From Candidatus Shikimatogenerans bostrichidophilus (lineage in GTDB: Bacteria; Bacteroidota; Bacteroidia; Flavobacteriales; Blattabacteriaceae): 64,000 nucleotides of DNA. The translations under genes and the position numbers were made by a program. The notes beneath the pieces were generated by a model. It did no database searches. It had not been told where the DNA came from and saw only the letters and a program-made list of their open reading frames with translations. Within the stretch, counting starts at the first letter, position 1; each line of letters opens with the position of its first letter. The stretch lies in contig CP099833.1 in assembly GCA_029851385.1 (NCBI GenBank), forward strand, positions 87,455 through 151,454. The letters are read 5' to 3'. Shown here in pieces: positions 14,242 to 26,707 of this stretch.

Positions 14242-15291
14242 ATGTTAAAAAAAATAATTTGCCCTAAACGTATTAAAAAGTTATTAGATAAATATATAAT
14301 AGGTCAAAATAGAACTAAAAAAATATTATCAGTAACTATATATAATCATTATAAAAAGATATATTATAATAATATTTTAAATAAAAAAAGTATAAATATA
14401 GGTAAAACAAATATATTGATGATAGGTGAAACAGGTACAGGAAAAACACTGTTAGCTAAAACTATATCAAATATTTTAAAACTACCTTTTATTTTAGTGG
14501 ATGCGACAGTTTTTACAGAATCAGGATATGTAGGTGAAGACGTAGAAAGTATTTTAACTAGACTTTTAATAGCATCAAATAATAATATAGAATTGGCAGA
14601 AATAGGTATAGTTTATATAGATGAATTTGATAAATTATCAAGGAAGAGCAAAAATCCTTCAATTACTAGAGATGTATCTGGAGAAGGAGTACAACAAGCT
14701 TTGTTAAAATTATTAGAAGATAATTTAGTATATATATCACCAAATATCGGTAGAAAACATCCTGAAGAAAATATGATACCTATAAATACTAAAAACATTT
14801 TATTTATAGTAGGTGGTACTTTTGAAGGTATAGAAACTATAATAGAAAATAGATTAAAAAAAAATAACAAGATAGGTTTTAATAAAGTATTTACTAAAGA
14901 AAACAAAAATAATATTATAAAAAAAATAATAATTAAGGATTTACAAAATTTTGGTATAATACCGGAAATAATAGGTAGATTACCAATAATAACATATTTA
15001 AAAAAATTAACTTTAAAAGACTATAAAGATATATTAATAAAACCTAAAAACTCATTAATTAAACAATATAAAGAATTATTTAAGCTAGATAATATATATT
15101 TAAAATTTACAAAATCATTTATAAAAATAATAGTTTTAAAAACTGTTAAATTAGGTTTAGGTGCAAGAGGGTTAAAGAATATATGTGAAAGTTTTTTTAT
15201 AAATTTATCTTATTATTATATTAATAAAGATAAAAAAAAGAAGTATATAATAATAAATAAGAAAAAATATTTTAAAATATTAAAAAAATAA
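14242..15291 (+). CDS. clpX: ClpX ATPase lacking the N-terminal zinc-binding domain
   Basis: GETGTGKT, GYVGEDVE, IDEFDK, SITRDVSGEGVQQALLK, RKHP, IGF loop, GARGL. Confidence 0.96.
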   Translation: MLKKIICPKRIKKLLDKYIIGQNRTKKILSVTIYNHYKKIYYNNILNKKSINIGKTNILMIGETGTGKTLLAKTISNILKLPFILVDATVFTESGYVGEDVESILTRLLIASNNNIELAEIGIVYIDEFDKLSRKSKNPSITRDVSGEGVQQALLKLLEDNLVYISPNIGRKHPEENMIPINTKNILFIVGGTFEGIETIIENRLKKNNKIGFNKVFTKENKNNIIKKIIIKDLQNFGIIPEIIGRLPIITYLKKLTLKDYKDILIKPKNSLIKQYKELFKLDNIYLKFTKSFIKIIVLKTVKLGLGARGLKNICESFFINLSYYYINKDKKKKYIIINKKKYFKILKK

Positions 15292-16257
15292 ATGGATAAT
15301 AGAATAAAAAAAGTAATTAATAAAATTAAAAAAAAACATGGTAGTGAGTCTATAATGCAAATGAATATTAATAAAATAGATCAAAAAATTAAAGTTTTAA
15401 AAACTGGATCTTTAGGTTTAGATATAGCATTAGGTATTATGGGATATCCTAAAGGTAGAATTATAGAAATATATGGTCCAGAATCATCTGGTAAAACTAC
15501 ATTAGCTTTACATGCAATATATGAAGTACAAAAGATAAAAGGTATATGTGTATTTATAGATGCCGAACATGCATTTGATATTAATTATGCTAAAAATATT
15601 AAAATTAATTTAAATGATTTAATTCTGGTACAACCGGATTATGGAGAACAAGCATTAGAAATAGTAGATAGTTTAATAAGGTCTAGAACTGTAGATTTAA
15701 TAATAATAGATTCTGTAGCAGCATTAATACCTAAAAGTGAGTTAGATGGAGAAGTAGGTGATAATAGAATAGGACTACATGCTAAATTAATGTCTCAGGC
15801 ATTAAGGAAATTTATAGGATTAATTAATAAAACTCAAAGTACTGTAATATTTATAAATCAGATACGAGAAAAAATAGGTGTATTTTTTGGAAATGCTGAA
15901 GTAACTACTGGGGGTAATGCTTTAAAATTTTATTCGACTATAAGATTGGATATTAGAAGAGTAGGATATATAAAAGATAAAAATAATAAAATTTTGGGTA
16001 ATAATGTAAGAGTAAAAATAGTTAAAAATAAGTTATATCCTCCATATAGAATAGCGGAATTTGATATTATATATGGTAAAGGTATATGTAAATATAGAGA
16101 AATTTTAAAAATAGGAATAAATAAAGGTATAATAAAAATAAATGGTTCTTGGATAAACTTTAAAAATAAAAATATTATAAAGGGTAGAGATAATTTTATT
16201 AAATTATTAAAAAAGAATAAAAAATTATTTTTAAAAATAAAAAAATTAATTACTTAA
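15292..16257 (+). CDS. recA: Recombinase RecA
   Basis: GRIIEIYGPESSGKTT, DAEHA, DSVAAL, IFINQIR, TTGGNALKFY. Confidence 0.98.
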   Translation: MDNRIKKVINKIKKKHGSESIMQMNINKIDQKIKVLKTGSLGLDIALGIMGYPKGRIIEIYGPESSGKTTLALHAIYEVQKIKGICVFIDAEHAFDINYAKNIKINLNDLILVQPDYGEQALEIVDSLIRSRTVDLIIIDSVAALIPKSELDGEVGDNRIGLHAKLMSQALRKFIGLINKTQSTVIFINQIREKIGVFFGNAEVTTGGNALKFYSTIRLDIRRVGYIKDKNNKILGNNVRVKIVKNKLYPPYRIAEFDIIYGKGICKYREILKIGINKGIIKINGSWINFKNKNIIKGRDNFIKLLKKNKKLFLKIKKLIT

Positions 16258-17040
16258 TTTTTTTTTCTGTCTAAGCATTTCAAATAATATTATAGAAACA
16301 GAAATACTTACATTTAATGAATTAATTTTTCCATACATAGGTATATTAATATTTTTAAATATAAATTTTTCCCATATTTTAGAAATACCATAATTTTCAT
16401 TACCGAATATTATAGCGATATTATTATAATTGCAAAAATTAATATTATATAAAGATACACTATTGTTATTAGTAATTTTAGTACCAAATAAATAAAATTT
16501 ATTATATAAATATTTAATTATATATTTAAATTTTAAAATTATTATTGGATATATAAAAACACAACCAAGACTAGCTCTTATTATATTAGAATTATATATA
16601 TCTTTATAGTCTCTTATTATTATACAACTTATAAAAGAAGTAGATTCTACTGTTCTAATAATAGCACCTATATTACCTGGTTTTTCTATATTATCTATTA
16701 TAATAATAATATTATTTTTACTCTTTTTTAAAATATATTTAATTTTATTATTATAGTTAATTATATTATATTTAAATATAGCTAATATACCTTCAGTATT
16801 TTTTCTATATACGATTCTTTTGTAATCCTTTTTTTTTATATAATTAATTTTATTATATGGCATATTATAGATCTTTTTATACTTTATAAATATACTTTTA
16901 CAAATTATTATATTTATTAATTTTAATTTACTATTTAATGCCATTAAAATTTCTCTATATCCTTCAACTATTATTATACGTTTATTAATTCGTTCTTTTT
17001 TAAATCTTTGTAATTTTATAATATATTTAATATCAAACAT
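16246..17040 (-). CDS. TrmH/SpoU-family RNA 2'-O-methyltransferase
   Basis: EKPGNIGAIIRT, IRASLG, FGNENYGIS, IPMYGKINSLNVS. Confidence 0.9.
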   Translation of the reverse strand: MFDIKYIIKLQRFKKERINKRIIIVEGYREILMALNSKLKLINIIICKSIFIKYKKIYNMPYNKINYIKKKDYKRIVYRKNTEGILAIFKYNIINYNNKIKYILKKSKNNIIIIIDNIEKPGNIGAIIRTVESTSFISCIIIRDYKDIYNSNIIRASLGCVFIYPIIILKFKYIIKYLYNKFYLFGTKITNNNSVSLYNINFCNYNNIAIIFGNENYGISKIWEKFIFKNINIPMYGKINSLNVSISVSIILFEMLRQKKKLSN

Positions 17041-17044
17041 AATA

Positions 17045-17479
17045 TTATAAATTGGTAGGGATTTCTTTTAAGAAAATTATTTTTCTTTTTTTTTTATAAA
17101 AAATTATATTATTATATATATTAGTTAACCAATAGTATTTAATATTTAAATGATTACCATATTTTAGTATTTGATCTATATTTAAATAATTAATTTTTCT
17201 TTTATAAGTCTTACATTCTATTAAAATATAAGGTAGATTATTCCTTACTATTAAAATATCAATTTTGAATATTTTATTCTTTATTTTTATTTTATTTTCT
17301 AAATATATGCTTGAAATATTATATCCTTTTATATAAATTAAATATAATAATATAATTTGTCTTATATATTCTTCATTAGTTAATATATAATAACGATTTC
17401 TTTTTATACAATATATATAATTAAATAAATTATATTTATATACTTTTATACTTCTTTTTTTATAAAATATATTAATCAT
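17045..17479 (-). CDS. Stand-alone HsdR N-terminal-like PD-(D/E)xK nuclease domain protein
   Basis: LTNEEYIRQ, KIDILI..PYILIECK, QILKY, LTN; matches the HSDR_N_2-type protein common in Bacteroidota. Confidence 0.75.
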   Translation of the reverse strand: MINIFYKKRSIKVYKYNLFNYIYCIKRNRYYILTNEEYIRQIILLYLIYIKGYNISSIYLENKIKIKNKIFKIDILIVRNNLPYILIECKTYKRKINYLNIDQILKYGNHLNIKYYWLTNIYNNIIFYKKKRKIIFLKEIPTNL

Positions 17480-17486
17480 TTTTTAA

Positions 17487-18095
17487 TTAAATATATAAAT
17501 TAGGAATAAATTTATTTATATTTAATATATATTTTTTTTTATAATAAAATAAATAAGATAATTTAATAATATATTTATAATTTATTTTATAAAAATAGAA
17601 ATTATTATTATATAATTTATTTTTATAATGAAAACTAATTAAATATATATAATTTTTTTTTAAAAATAATAAATTATTTATTTTTTTATAATAAATAAAA
17701 TTATTAAATTTTGAAGAATATTTAAATATTAAATAATTATTCTTATTAATTAATATTAAATAATATTTTTTATTTTCAATATTTAATAATTTATTATATT
17801 TTTTTAAAATTAATAAAATTTTAGTAAGTACGATTAATTTAATATTTAAACCCAAACAAAATCCTTTTGCTGAAGATAATATATTACGATTAATAGTATG
17901 TGAATTATCTGGAGACAAAATTATAGCCACAGCCTTTAAAATATTTAAATTTATATTTTTTTTTTTAATTATTTTAAATATTGAATTTATAAAGTTGTTA
18001 TAATTACTTTTATTTTGAATTATTATATTACTATTATATGTAATATTAAAATTAATATATTGTTTATTTTTATATATATTTAATATATAAGTCAT
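17487..18095 (-). CDS. tsaB: TsaB (YeaZ), highly diverged
   Basis: MTYILNI, LKAVAI..SP..SHT..R..LSSAKGFCLGLNIKLI, C-terminal F.P.Y-like end. Confidence 0.75.
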   Translation of the reverse strand: MTYILNIYKNKQYINFNITYNSNIIIQNKSNYNNFINSIFKIIKKKNINLNILKAVAIILSPDNSHTINRNILSSAKGFCLGLNIKLIVLTKILLILKKYNKLLNIENKKYYLILINKNNYLIFKYSSKFNNFIYYKKINNLLFLKKNYIYLISFHYKNKLYNNNFYFYKINYKYIIKLSYLFYYKKKYILNINKFIPNLYI

Positions 18096-18124
18096 GTTAT
18101 AAAAAGTATACTTTAATATAATTA

Positions 18125-19879
18125 ATGAATTTTATAATTAATAAGATAAATATAATATCACGAAATATTTTTATAAAAAAATTTAAAATATATAATAGTT
18201 TTAAATTTTTACTTTATAATAATTACTATAATAAAAATTTTGGTGATCTATATTTTAATTTATCTACATTATATTTTTTAAATTATAAAGAACAGCATAT
18301 TTTTGGAAAAATTTTAGGTAAAAAAATAATAAATAAATATATAAAAAATTATAAAATTATTAATAATTATTTTAATATTTATTATACAAATTTGTTTTAT
18401 TTTAAAAATATAAAGCTTTTTTTAAAAAAAAAATTAAAAAAAATTTTAATAAATAAAAATAATAAAAAAAAAACAATATTAATAGACTATTCTTCACCTA
18501 ATTCAAATAAACCATTACATTTAGGTCATTTAAGAAATATATTAATAGGTAGTATGTTAGCTAATATATATAAAAATTTAGGCTTTAAAGTAATAAAAAG
18601 TCAAATTATTAATAATAGAGGTATACATATATGTAAATGTATAATATGTTATAAATTATTTTTTAAAAAAAAAAATATATATATAAAAGGTGATCATTTT
18701 GTAGGTAAACTATATATAGAATTTGAAAAGAAATTAAATAAAGAAATTAAATTATTAACAAAAAAATATAATATAAATAAGAAGAAAGCTTTAAAAAGAT
18801 CTAAATTATTAAAATTAGTAAATTTAGAATTAATTAAATGGGAAAATAAAAATAAAAAAACATTAAAAATTTCTAATAAATTAAATAATTTAGTTATAAA
18901 AGGATTTAAAGAAACTTATAAAAAATTAAATATAGAATTTGATGAGATTTTATATGAAAGTGATACTTATTTATTAGGTAAAAGAATAATATTAAAAAAT
19001 TTAGATAATATTTTTAATTTAAATAAGAATGATAATTCTATATATTATATATATAATAATAAGAATATTATAGTAATAAGAAAAAATGGTACGTCTTTAT
19101 ATATTACACAAGAAATAGGTACTTTGTTATATCGTATAAAAAGACATAAAAATTTATATAAATTAATATATGTAGTAGGTAATGAACAGAAAGATCATTT
19201 TCAGTGTTTTTTTGAAATCATTAAAAAATTAAATATATGTAAATATAAATTATTTCATTTTTCTTATAATAATGTAAATTATTTAGGTAAAAAAATAAAA
19301 TCAAGAATAAAATTAAATAACAATATAGTATTAATAGATGAATTAATAAATTTTGTTAATAAAAAAATTAAAAAAAAATTTTTAAATAAAAAATTAAATA
19401 ATAATATAATATATAAATTATCTATAGGTGCTATTAAATATGAATTTTTAAAAATTAATCCTAAAAAAATTATAAATTTTAATATTAAAAATACTTTAAG
19501 TTTAAAAGGAAATAATGGAATATATATACAATATACATATGTTCGTATTTTATCCATAATAAAAAAAATAAAAATTAATAAAATTAAATTAAATTATAAA
19601 AATTTTTTTATAAAAGATAATGAAAAAACTTTAATTAAACAATTAATTGATAATAAAAATATTATAGAGAAAACTATAAAAACAAATGATACATCTATTT
19701 TAATTAATTATTTATATATTATTTCAAAAACTATTAATAATTTTTATAATTATAATAAAATATTAAAAACTAAAAATTTAAATATTATGAAAATAAGATT
19801 GATAATTTCTAAAATTATATTAAAATTTTTATATTTTAATATGAGGATGATAGATATACCAATATTAAAAAATATATGA
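18125..19879 (+). CDS. argS: Arginyl-tRNA synthetase
   Basis: DYSSPNSNKPLHLGHLRN, KGDHFVG, YESDTY, GTSLYITQ, YVVGNEQ, YIQYTYVR. Confidence 0.95.
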   Translation: MNFIINKINIISRNIFIKKFKIYNSFKFLLYNNYYNKNFGDLYFNLSTLYFLNYKEQHIFGKILGKKIINKYIKNYKIINNYFNIYYTNLFYFKNIKLFLKKKLKKILINKNNKKKTILIDYSSPNSNKPLHLGHLRNILIGSMLANIYKNLGFKVIKSQIINNRGIHICKCIICYKLFFKKKNIYIKGDHFVGKLYIEFEKKLNKEIKLLTKKYNINKKKALKRSKLLKLVNLELIKWENKNKKTLKISNKLNNLVIKGFKETYKKLNIEFDEILYESDTYLLGKRIILKNLDNIFNLNKNDNSIYYIYNNKNIIVIRKNGTSLYITQEIGTLLYRIKRHKNLYKLIYVVGNEQKDHFQCFFEIIKKLNICKYKLFHFSYNNVNYLGKKIKSRIKLNNNIVLIDELINFVNKKIKKKFLNKKLNNNIIYKLSIGAIKYEFLKINPKKIINFNIKNTLSLKGNNGIYIQYTYVRILSIIKKIKINKIKLNYKNFFIKDNEKTLIKQLIDNKNIIEKTIKTNDTSILINYLYIISKTINNFYNYNKILKTKNLNIMKIRLIISKIILKFLYFNMRMIDIPILKNI

Positions 19880-20421
19880 ATGAAATTTTAAAAAAAATAA
19901 ATAAAGAATTTAATAATACTTTAAAATATTTTGAAGATTATTTATATAATATACATTATGGTAGAGCTAATATAAATATATTAAAAAATATAAATATTAA
20001 GATTAATAATATAAGATATAATATCTTCAACTTAGCTAATATTAGTTTATTAGATAAAATAAGTTTTAAAATTATTCCTTATGATAAAAAAAACATAAAT
20101 ATAATTAAAAATGAAATATTAAATAATAAAATAGGAGGAACTATTTTTACTAAAGATAATAATATAATTTTAAAACTTTCATTATTTACAGAAGATAAAA
20201 GATTAGAATTAATAAAAAAAATAAAAATAGAATTAGATAAAACAATAAATACATTAAGATTAATAAGAAATAAATATAATAATTTATTAAAAGTTAATAT
20301 GAAAAAATCTGAAGACGAGATAAAAAATATAAAGATTGATATTCAAAATCTTTATAATAAGTCTTTATTAAATTTAAAAAAAGAGTTTAAAAATAAGGAA
20401 AAAAAAATTTTAAATTATTAA
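19876..20421 (+). CDS. frr: Ribosome recycling factor
   Basis: GRAN, I.PYDK, TEDKR.EL.K, SEDE; size fits; the frr-asnS order is typical of Flavobacteria. Confidence 0.88.
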   Translation: MNEILKKINKEFNNTLKYFEDYLYNIHYGRANINILKNINIKINNIRYNIFNLANISLLDKISFKIIPYDKKNINIIKNEILNNKIGGTIFTKDNNIILKLSLFTEDKRLELIKKIKIELDKTINTLRLIRNKYNNLLKVNMKKSEDEIKNIKIDIQNLYNKSLLNLKKEFKNKEKKILNY

Positions 20422-20429
20422 AAAATATA

Positions 20430-21803
20430 ATGAAAAAATATTACATAAAAGATATATACGATATATATAAAAAATTAATAAATAAAAAAATTATAATAAA
20501 AGGGTGGATAAAATATTATAGAAATAGTATTTTTATAGATATAAATGACGGTACGACTATAAAAAATTTACAAGTAATAATTAAAAATAAAAAATTTTTA
20601 GTAAAAGAAAAAGAAATTAATATAGGTATCCCAATAAAAGTAATAGGTAAATTAGTATATCAAAAAAAAAATATAAATAATATAGAAATTATACCAAATT
20701 ATATAAAAATATATAAAGGATATGATTTAAATTATATTAATAATAGTATATTACAAAATAAATATCATAAATTATCAAAATTAAGAGAAGAAGTATACTT
20801 AAGATTTAGAACTAATATTTTTAGTACTATAATGAGAATAAGAAGTTTATTATTTTTTGAGATACATAATTTTTTTAATAAGAATAAATATATATTAATA
20901 AATACACCAATTATAAATAAAAATAATGCAGAAGGTGCTGGGGAAGTTTTTAAAATTACTTCTTTAGGTGATTCTAATAATTTAACTTCAAAAGATTTAT
21001 TTAATAATGAAGGTAAATTAACCGTATCAGGACAATTAGAATTAGAAAGTGCTATGTATGGGTTAGCTAAAGTATATACTTTTGGACCAGTGTTTAGAGC
21101 TGATAATTCTAATACATTTAAACATTTATCTGAATTTTGGATGTTAGAATCTGAGATAATGTATTATAAATTAAAAGATATAATAAATTTATCAATAAAA
21201 TTAATTAAATATTTATTTAAAAAAATATTATATAAATGTAAAAATGAATTAAACTATTTAGAAGAATATCATAATAAACATAATAGGTTTAAAAAATTAA
21301 AAGAAAGATTAACTAAAATTATCAATAATAAATTTATAATAATTAGTTATACAAAAATAATTAAATTATTAAAAAAAGTAGATAATAATATTATTAATTG
21401 GGGTGACGATATAGGATCAAATCATGAAAAAATAATATTTAATAAAATTTTTAATATGTCTTTACCTATTGTAATTTATAATTTTCCTAAATGTATTAAA
21501 CCTTTTTATATGAATATTAATACTGATAGCGATACTACAAAATCTATAGACATATTGTTACCAGATATAGGAGAAATTATAGGTGGATCAGAAAGAGAAA
21601 TATCTTATAAAAAATTATTAAAAAGAATAAAAAATAATAATATGAACGTTAAAGATCTTAATTGGTATTTAAATTTAAGAAAATTAGGTAAAATTTCTCA
21701 TAGTGGATTTGGTTTAGGTGTAGATAGATTAATACAATTTATAACAGGTATAAATAATATTAGAGATGTAGTACCATTTCCAATATATCCAGGACATATT
21801 TAA
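20430..21803 (+). CDS. asnS: Asparaginyl-tRNA synthetase
   Basis: INDGT, LRFRTN, AEGAGEVF, LTVSGQL, YTFGPVFRA, HLSEFWM, GGSERE, HSGFGLG. Confidence 0.96.
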   Translation: MKKYYIKDIYDIYKKLINKKIIIKGWIKYYRNSIFIDINDGTTIKNLQVIIKNKKFLVKEKEINIGIPIKVIGKLVYQKKNINNIEIIPNYIKIYKGYDLNYINNSILQNKYHKLSKLREEVYLRFRTNIFSTIMRIRSLLFFEIHNFFNKNKYILINTPIINKNNAEGAGEVFKITSLGDSNNLTSKDLFNNEGKLTVSGQLELESAMYGLAKVYTFGPVFRADNSNTFKHLSEFWMLESEIMYYKLKDIINLSIKLIKYLFKKILYKCKNELNYLEEYHNKHNRFKKLKERLTKIINNKFIIISYTKIIKLLKKVDNNIINWGDDIGSNHEKIIFNKIFNMSLPIVIYNFPKCIKPFYMNINTDSDTTKSIDILLPDIGEIIGGSEREISYKKLLKRIKNNNMNVKDLNWYLNLRKLGKISHSGFGLGVDRLIQFITGINNIRDVVPFPIYPGHI

Positions 21804-22948
21804 TGAGAAGAATTTATTTAGATAATGCATCTAATACAAAAATGCGAAAAATCATTATAAAAATTTATAAAAATTTATTATATGATAAAAATATATCAAA
21901 TCCATCTTCATTCCATTTTTTAGGTAGATATTCTAAATACTATATAGAAAAATCTAGAGAAGGAATATCTAATTTAATAAAATGTAAATTTTCAGAAATT
22001 ATATTTACATCTAGTGGAACTGAAGGTAATTATATTATTATTAGTGGTGCGATAAAAAATTATAAAATTAAATATATAATTACATCAAGATTAGAGCATT
22101 TATCTGTATTAAATACATTAGAATTATTCAAAGAAAAAATAAAAATTTTTTATATAGATAATGATGAATTTGGAAATTTAAATTTAAATCAATTAGAATT
22201 AATTTTAAAAAATAAAACAAATTATAAATATAATATATTAGTATCTATAATGGCAATAAATAATGAAATTGGAAATATTAATAATATAGAATTAATAGGT
22301 CTATTATGTAAAAAATATTATTCTTTGTTTCATTCAGATTTTATACAATACATAGGACATTATAATGTGAATATGAAAAAAATTTATTGTCATTATTTTA
22401 CAGCTAGTGCTCATAAATTTTATGGACCATTAGGTATAGGTTTTATATATATTAAAAAGGGATTTGAGTTTAAAAAAAGTATTAATATAGGAATTTTAAG
22501 AAATAAAATTATATCAGATACAGATAATTTATATGGTATAGTTTGTGTTTATTATGCTTTAAAAATATTTTATAAAAAATATAAAAAAGAAAAGAATAAA
22601 ATATTAAAATTAAAAAAATATGCTATTAAATTATTAAACAATAAAGTAAAAAATATAAAATATAATGGATTATCAGGTGATATAAATAGAAGTAGTTATA
22701 ATATATTAAATATTAGATTACCAGTAAAAGATGATTTATTACATGTTAAATTGGATTTAATTAATATAATAGTTTCTATAGGTAGTTCTTGTTATTCTAA
22801 TAAAAATAAATCATATGTATTAAAATACATATTACGAAGAAATATATATAAAAATACTACATCATTACGAATTTCATTAGGTATATATAATAAAAGAAAA
22901 GATATATACATATTTGTAAATAAATTAAAAAAACTATTATTATGGTAA
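21803..22948 (+). CDS. iscS: Cysteine desulfurase (IscS/NifS-like)
   Basis: IYLDNAS, NPSS.H, FTSSGTE, EH.SV, NNEIG, SAHKFYGP (PLP Lys), GSSC (catalytic Cys). Confidence 0.9.
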   Translation: MRRIYLDNASNTKMRKIIIKIYKNLLYDKNISNPSSFHFLGRYSKYYIEKSREGISNLIKCKFSEIIFTSSGTEGNYIIISGAIKNYKIKYIITSRLEHLSVLNTLELFKEKIKIFYIDNDEFGNLNLNQLELILKNKTNYKYNILVSIMAINNEIGNINNIELIGLLCKKYYSLFHSDFIQYIGHYNVNMKKIYCHYFTASAHKFYGPLGIGFIYIKKGFEFKKSINIGILRNKIISDTDNLYGIVCVYYALKIFYKKYKKEKNKILKLKKYAIKLLNNKVKNIKYNGLSGDINRSSYNILNIRLPVKDDLLHVKLDLINIIVSIGSSCYSNKNKSYVLKYILRRNIYKNTTSLRISLGIYNKRKDIYIFVNKLKKLLLW

Positions 22949-24303
22949 AAAATTTCTATATTATTAATTATGGATGTCAAATGAATGTTTATGATAATGA
23001 AATTATTATTAGTATTTTAACAAAAAATAATTATAGCTATGTAAATGATATATCAAAAGCTGACATTATATTGATTAATACTTGTTCTATAAGAGAAAAG
23101 GCTGAAATAACTGTAATAAATAAATTAATATATTTAAATAGTTTAAAAAGAACAAGGAAAATTTATATAGGTATTTTAGGATGTATGGCTAGAAGAATTC
23201 AACGATTCATAAAAATAAAAAAAAGTATAATAGATTTTATAGTAGGCCCTGATAATTATAGAGAATTGCCAAACATAATTAAATCTATAGAAGATAATAG
23301 ATATTTTGTAAATGTTTTATTATCTAATGAAGAAACTTATTCTAATATTTTCCCTAGTAAAATATATAATAATAATAAAGTGACTTCATATGTAACTATT
23401 TCAAGAGGATGTGATAATATGTGTACTTTTTGTGTGGTACCTTTTACAAGAGGAAGAGAGCGTAGTAAAAGTCCAAAGGTCATAATTAAAGAATGTGAAA
23501 AACTATATAATTCTGGATATAAAGAGATTACCTTATTAGGTCAAAATGTAGATTCATATTTATGGACACCTGAAAATTACATAAAAAAGTATATATATAA
23601 TAAAAAAAAAGCTATAGATTTTTCTTGTCTATTAGAAATGATTGCTAAAAAATTTAATGATTTAAGAATTAGATTTTCTACGTCTAATCCTCATGATATG
23701 TCTATCAAAGTTTTAAAAATTATAAAAAAATATAATAATATATGTAAATATATACATTTACCTGTACAATCAGGTAGTAATAGAATATTGAAATTAATGA
23801 ATAGAAAATATAATAGATTAGAATATATAAATTTAATAGATAATATAAGAAAAATTATACCTGAATGTGCTATATCTTATGATATTATTACGGGATTTTG
23901 TACAGAAATTGAAAAAGATCATATAGATACATTAAATTTAATGAAATATGTAGTTTATGATTTTGGATATATGTTTATGTATTCTCATAGAGAAGGTACA
24001 TATTCTTATAGAAATTTAAAAGATAATGTACCATTAATAGTAAAAAAAAGAAGATTAAATGAGATTATTAATTTACAAAGAGAGCATTCTTATAAAAGGT
24101 TAAAAGGATATATTAATACAGTTCAAAATGTTTTAATAGAGGGTATTTCTAAAAAAGACAAGAATTATTGGTATGGTCGAAATTCACAAAATAGTTTAAT
24201 AGTTTTTAAAAAGAATAATGAAAATATAGGAGATTATGTAAATATAAAAATTTTAAAAAATACTTCTGCAACATTAATAGGAGAAATAATTAAATATTAT
24301 TAA
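22942..24303 (+). CDS. miaB: tRNA-2-methylthio-N6-dimethylallyladenosine synthase
   Basis: YGCQMN, NTCSIREKAE, LGCMA, radical-SAM GCDNMCTFCVVP, C-terminal TRAM domain. Confidence 0.97.
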   Translation: MVKNFYIINYGCQMNVYDNEIIISILTKNNYSYVNDISKADIILINTCSIREKAEITVINKLIYLNSLKRTRKIYIGILGCMARRIQRFIKIKKSIIDFIVGPDNYRELPNIIKSIEDNRYFVNVLLSNEETYSNIFPSKIYNNNKVTSYVTISRGCDNMCTFCVVPFTRGRERSKSPKVIIKECEKLYNSGYKEITLLGQNVDSYLWTPENYIKKYIYNKKKAIDFSCLLEMIAKKFNDLRIRFSTSNPHDMSIKVLKIIKKYNNICKYIHLPVQSGSNRILKLMNRKYNRLEYINLIDNIRKIIPECAISYDIITGFCTEIEKDHIDTLNLMKYVVYDFGYMFMYSHREGTYSYRNLKDNVPLIVKKRRLNEIINLQREHSYKRLKGYINTVQNVLIEGISKKDKNYWYGRNSQNSLIVFKKNNENIGDYVNIKILKNTSATLIGEIIKYY

Positions 24304-24357
24304 TTTTTATTAAATTATTATTATATTATATATATCATAAAAAAAAAGTAAAAAATA

Positions 24358-26287
<1,930 letters not shown>

Positions 26288-26291
26288 TTTT

Positions 26292-26330
26292 TTAACAGAT
26301 TCTAATTATTTAGAATCTGTTAATTTTTTT
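26292..26330 (+). terminator. Intrinsic terminator after groEL, overlapping the sufE 3' end
   Basis: Perfect 14-bp stem TTAACAGATTCTAA-TTAT-TTAGAATCTGTTAA followed by T7. Confidence 0.75.
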
Positions 26331-26701
26331 AAGGCGAATTTTTTTATACTTTTTAATATTCTTAAGTAGCCTATATATTTATTTATAGAAATAAATTTAT
26401 TAAATTTAATTTTACTAAATAAATCATTTTTATTAAAAAGTATATAACTTAAGGTTTTATTTGAATAATATTTAATAATTAAAAAGATTAATCCATTTAT
26501 TATATTAGAATCAGACTTACCTTTTATATATATTTTATTATTTTTGTAATAAATATAAATCCAAACCTTAGTTAAACATTTTTTAATTAAATTTTTTTTT
26601 TTTTTAAGTTTATTTGGAAACTTTGGTATTTTTTTACCTATATTAATTAAAAAACTATAAATATTTTTACTTTTTATTTTTTTTAAAATTTTATAATACA
26701 T
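26306..26701 (-). CDS. sufE: SufE-family sulfur acceptor
   Basis: Y..LI.IGKK.P, NLIKKCLTKVW (GCQS.VW-like Cys), GKSDS.IINGL. Confidence 0.82.
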   Translation of the reverse strand: MYYKILKKIKSKNIYSFLINIGKKIPKFPNKLKKKKNLIKKCLTKVWIYIYYKNNKIYIKGKSDSNIINGLIFLIIKYYSNKTLSYILFNKNDLFSKIKFNKFISINKYIGYLRILKSIKKFALKKLTDSK

Positions 26702-26707
26702 ATTAAA

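Noticed and set aside
17045..17479. Type I restriction-modification defence system
   Set aside because: Only a 144-aa nuclease-like domain is present, with no methylase, specificity subunit or helicase nearby.
19870..19885. UGA-to-Trp recoding, as in some tiny symbiont genomes
   Set aside because: The conserved Trp codons I checked are TGG, genes are full length under code 11, and TGA ends argS and ruvX at the expected places in ATGA overlaps.
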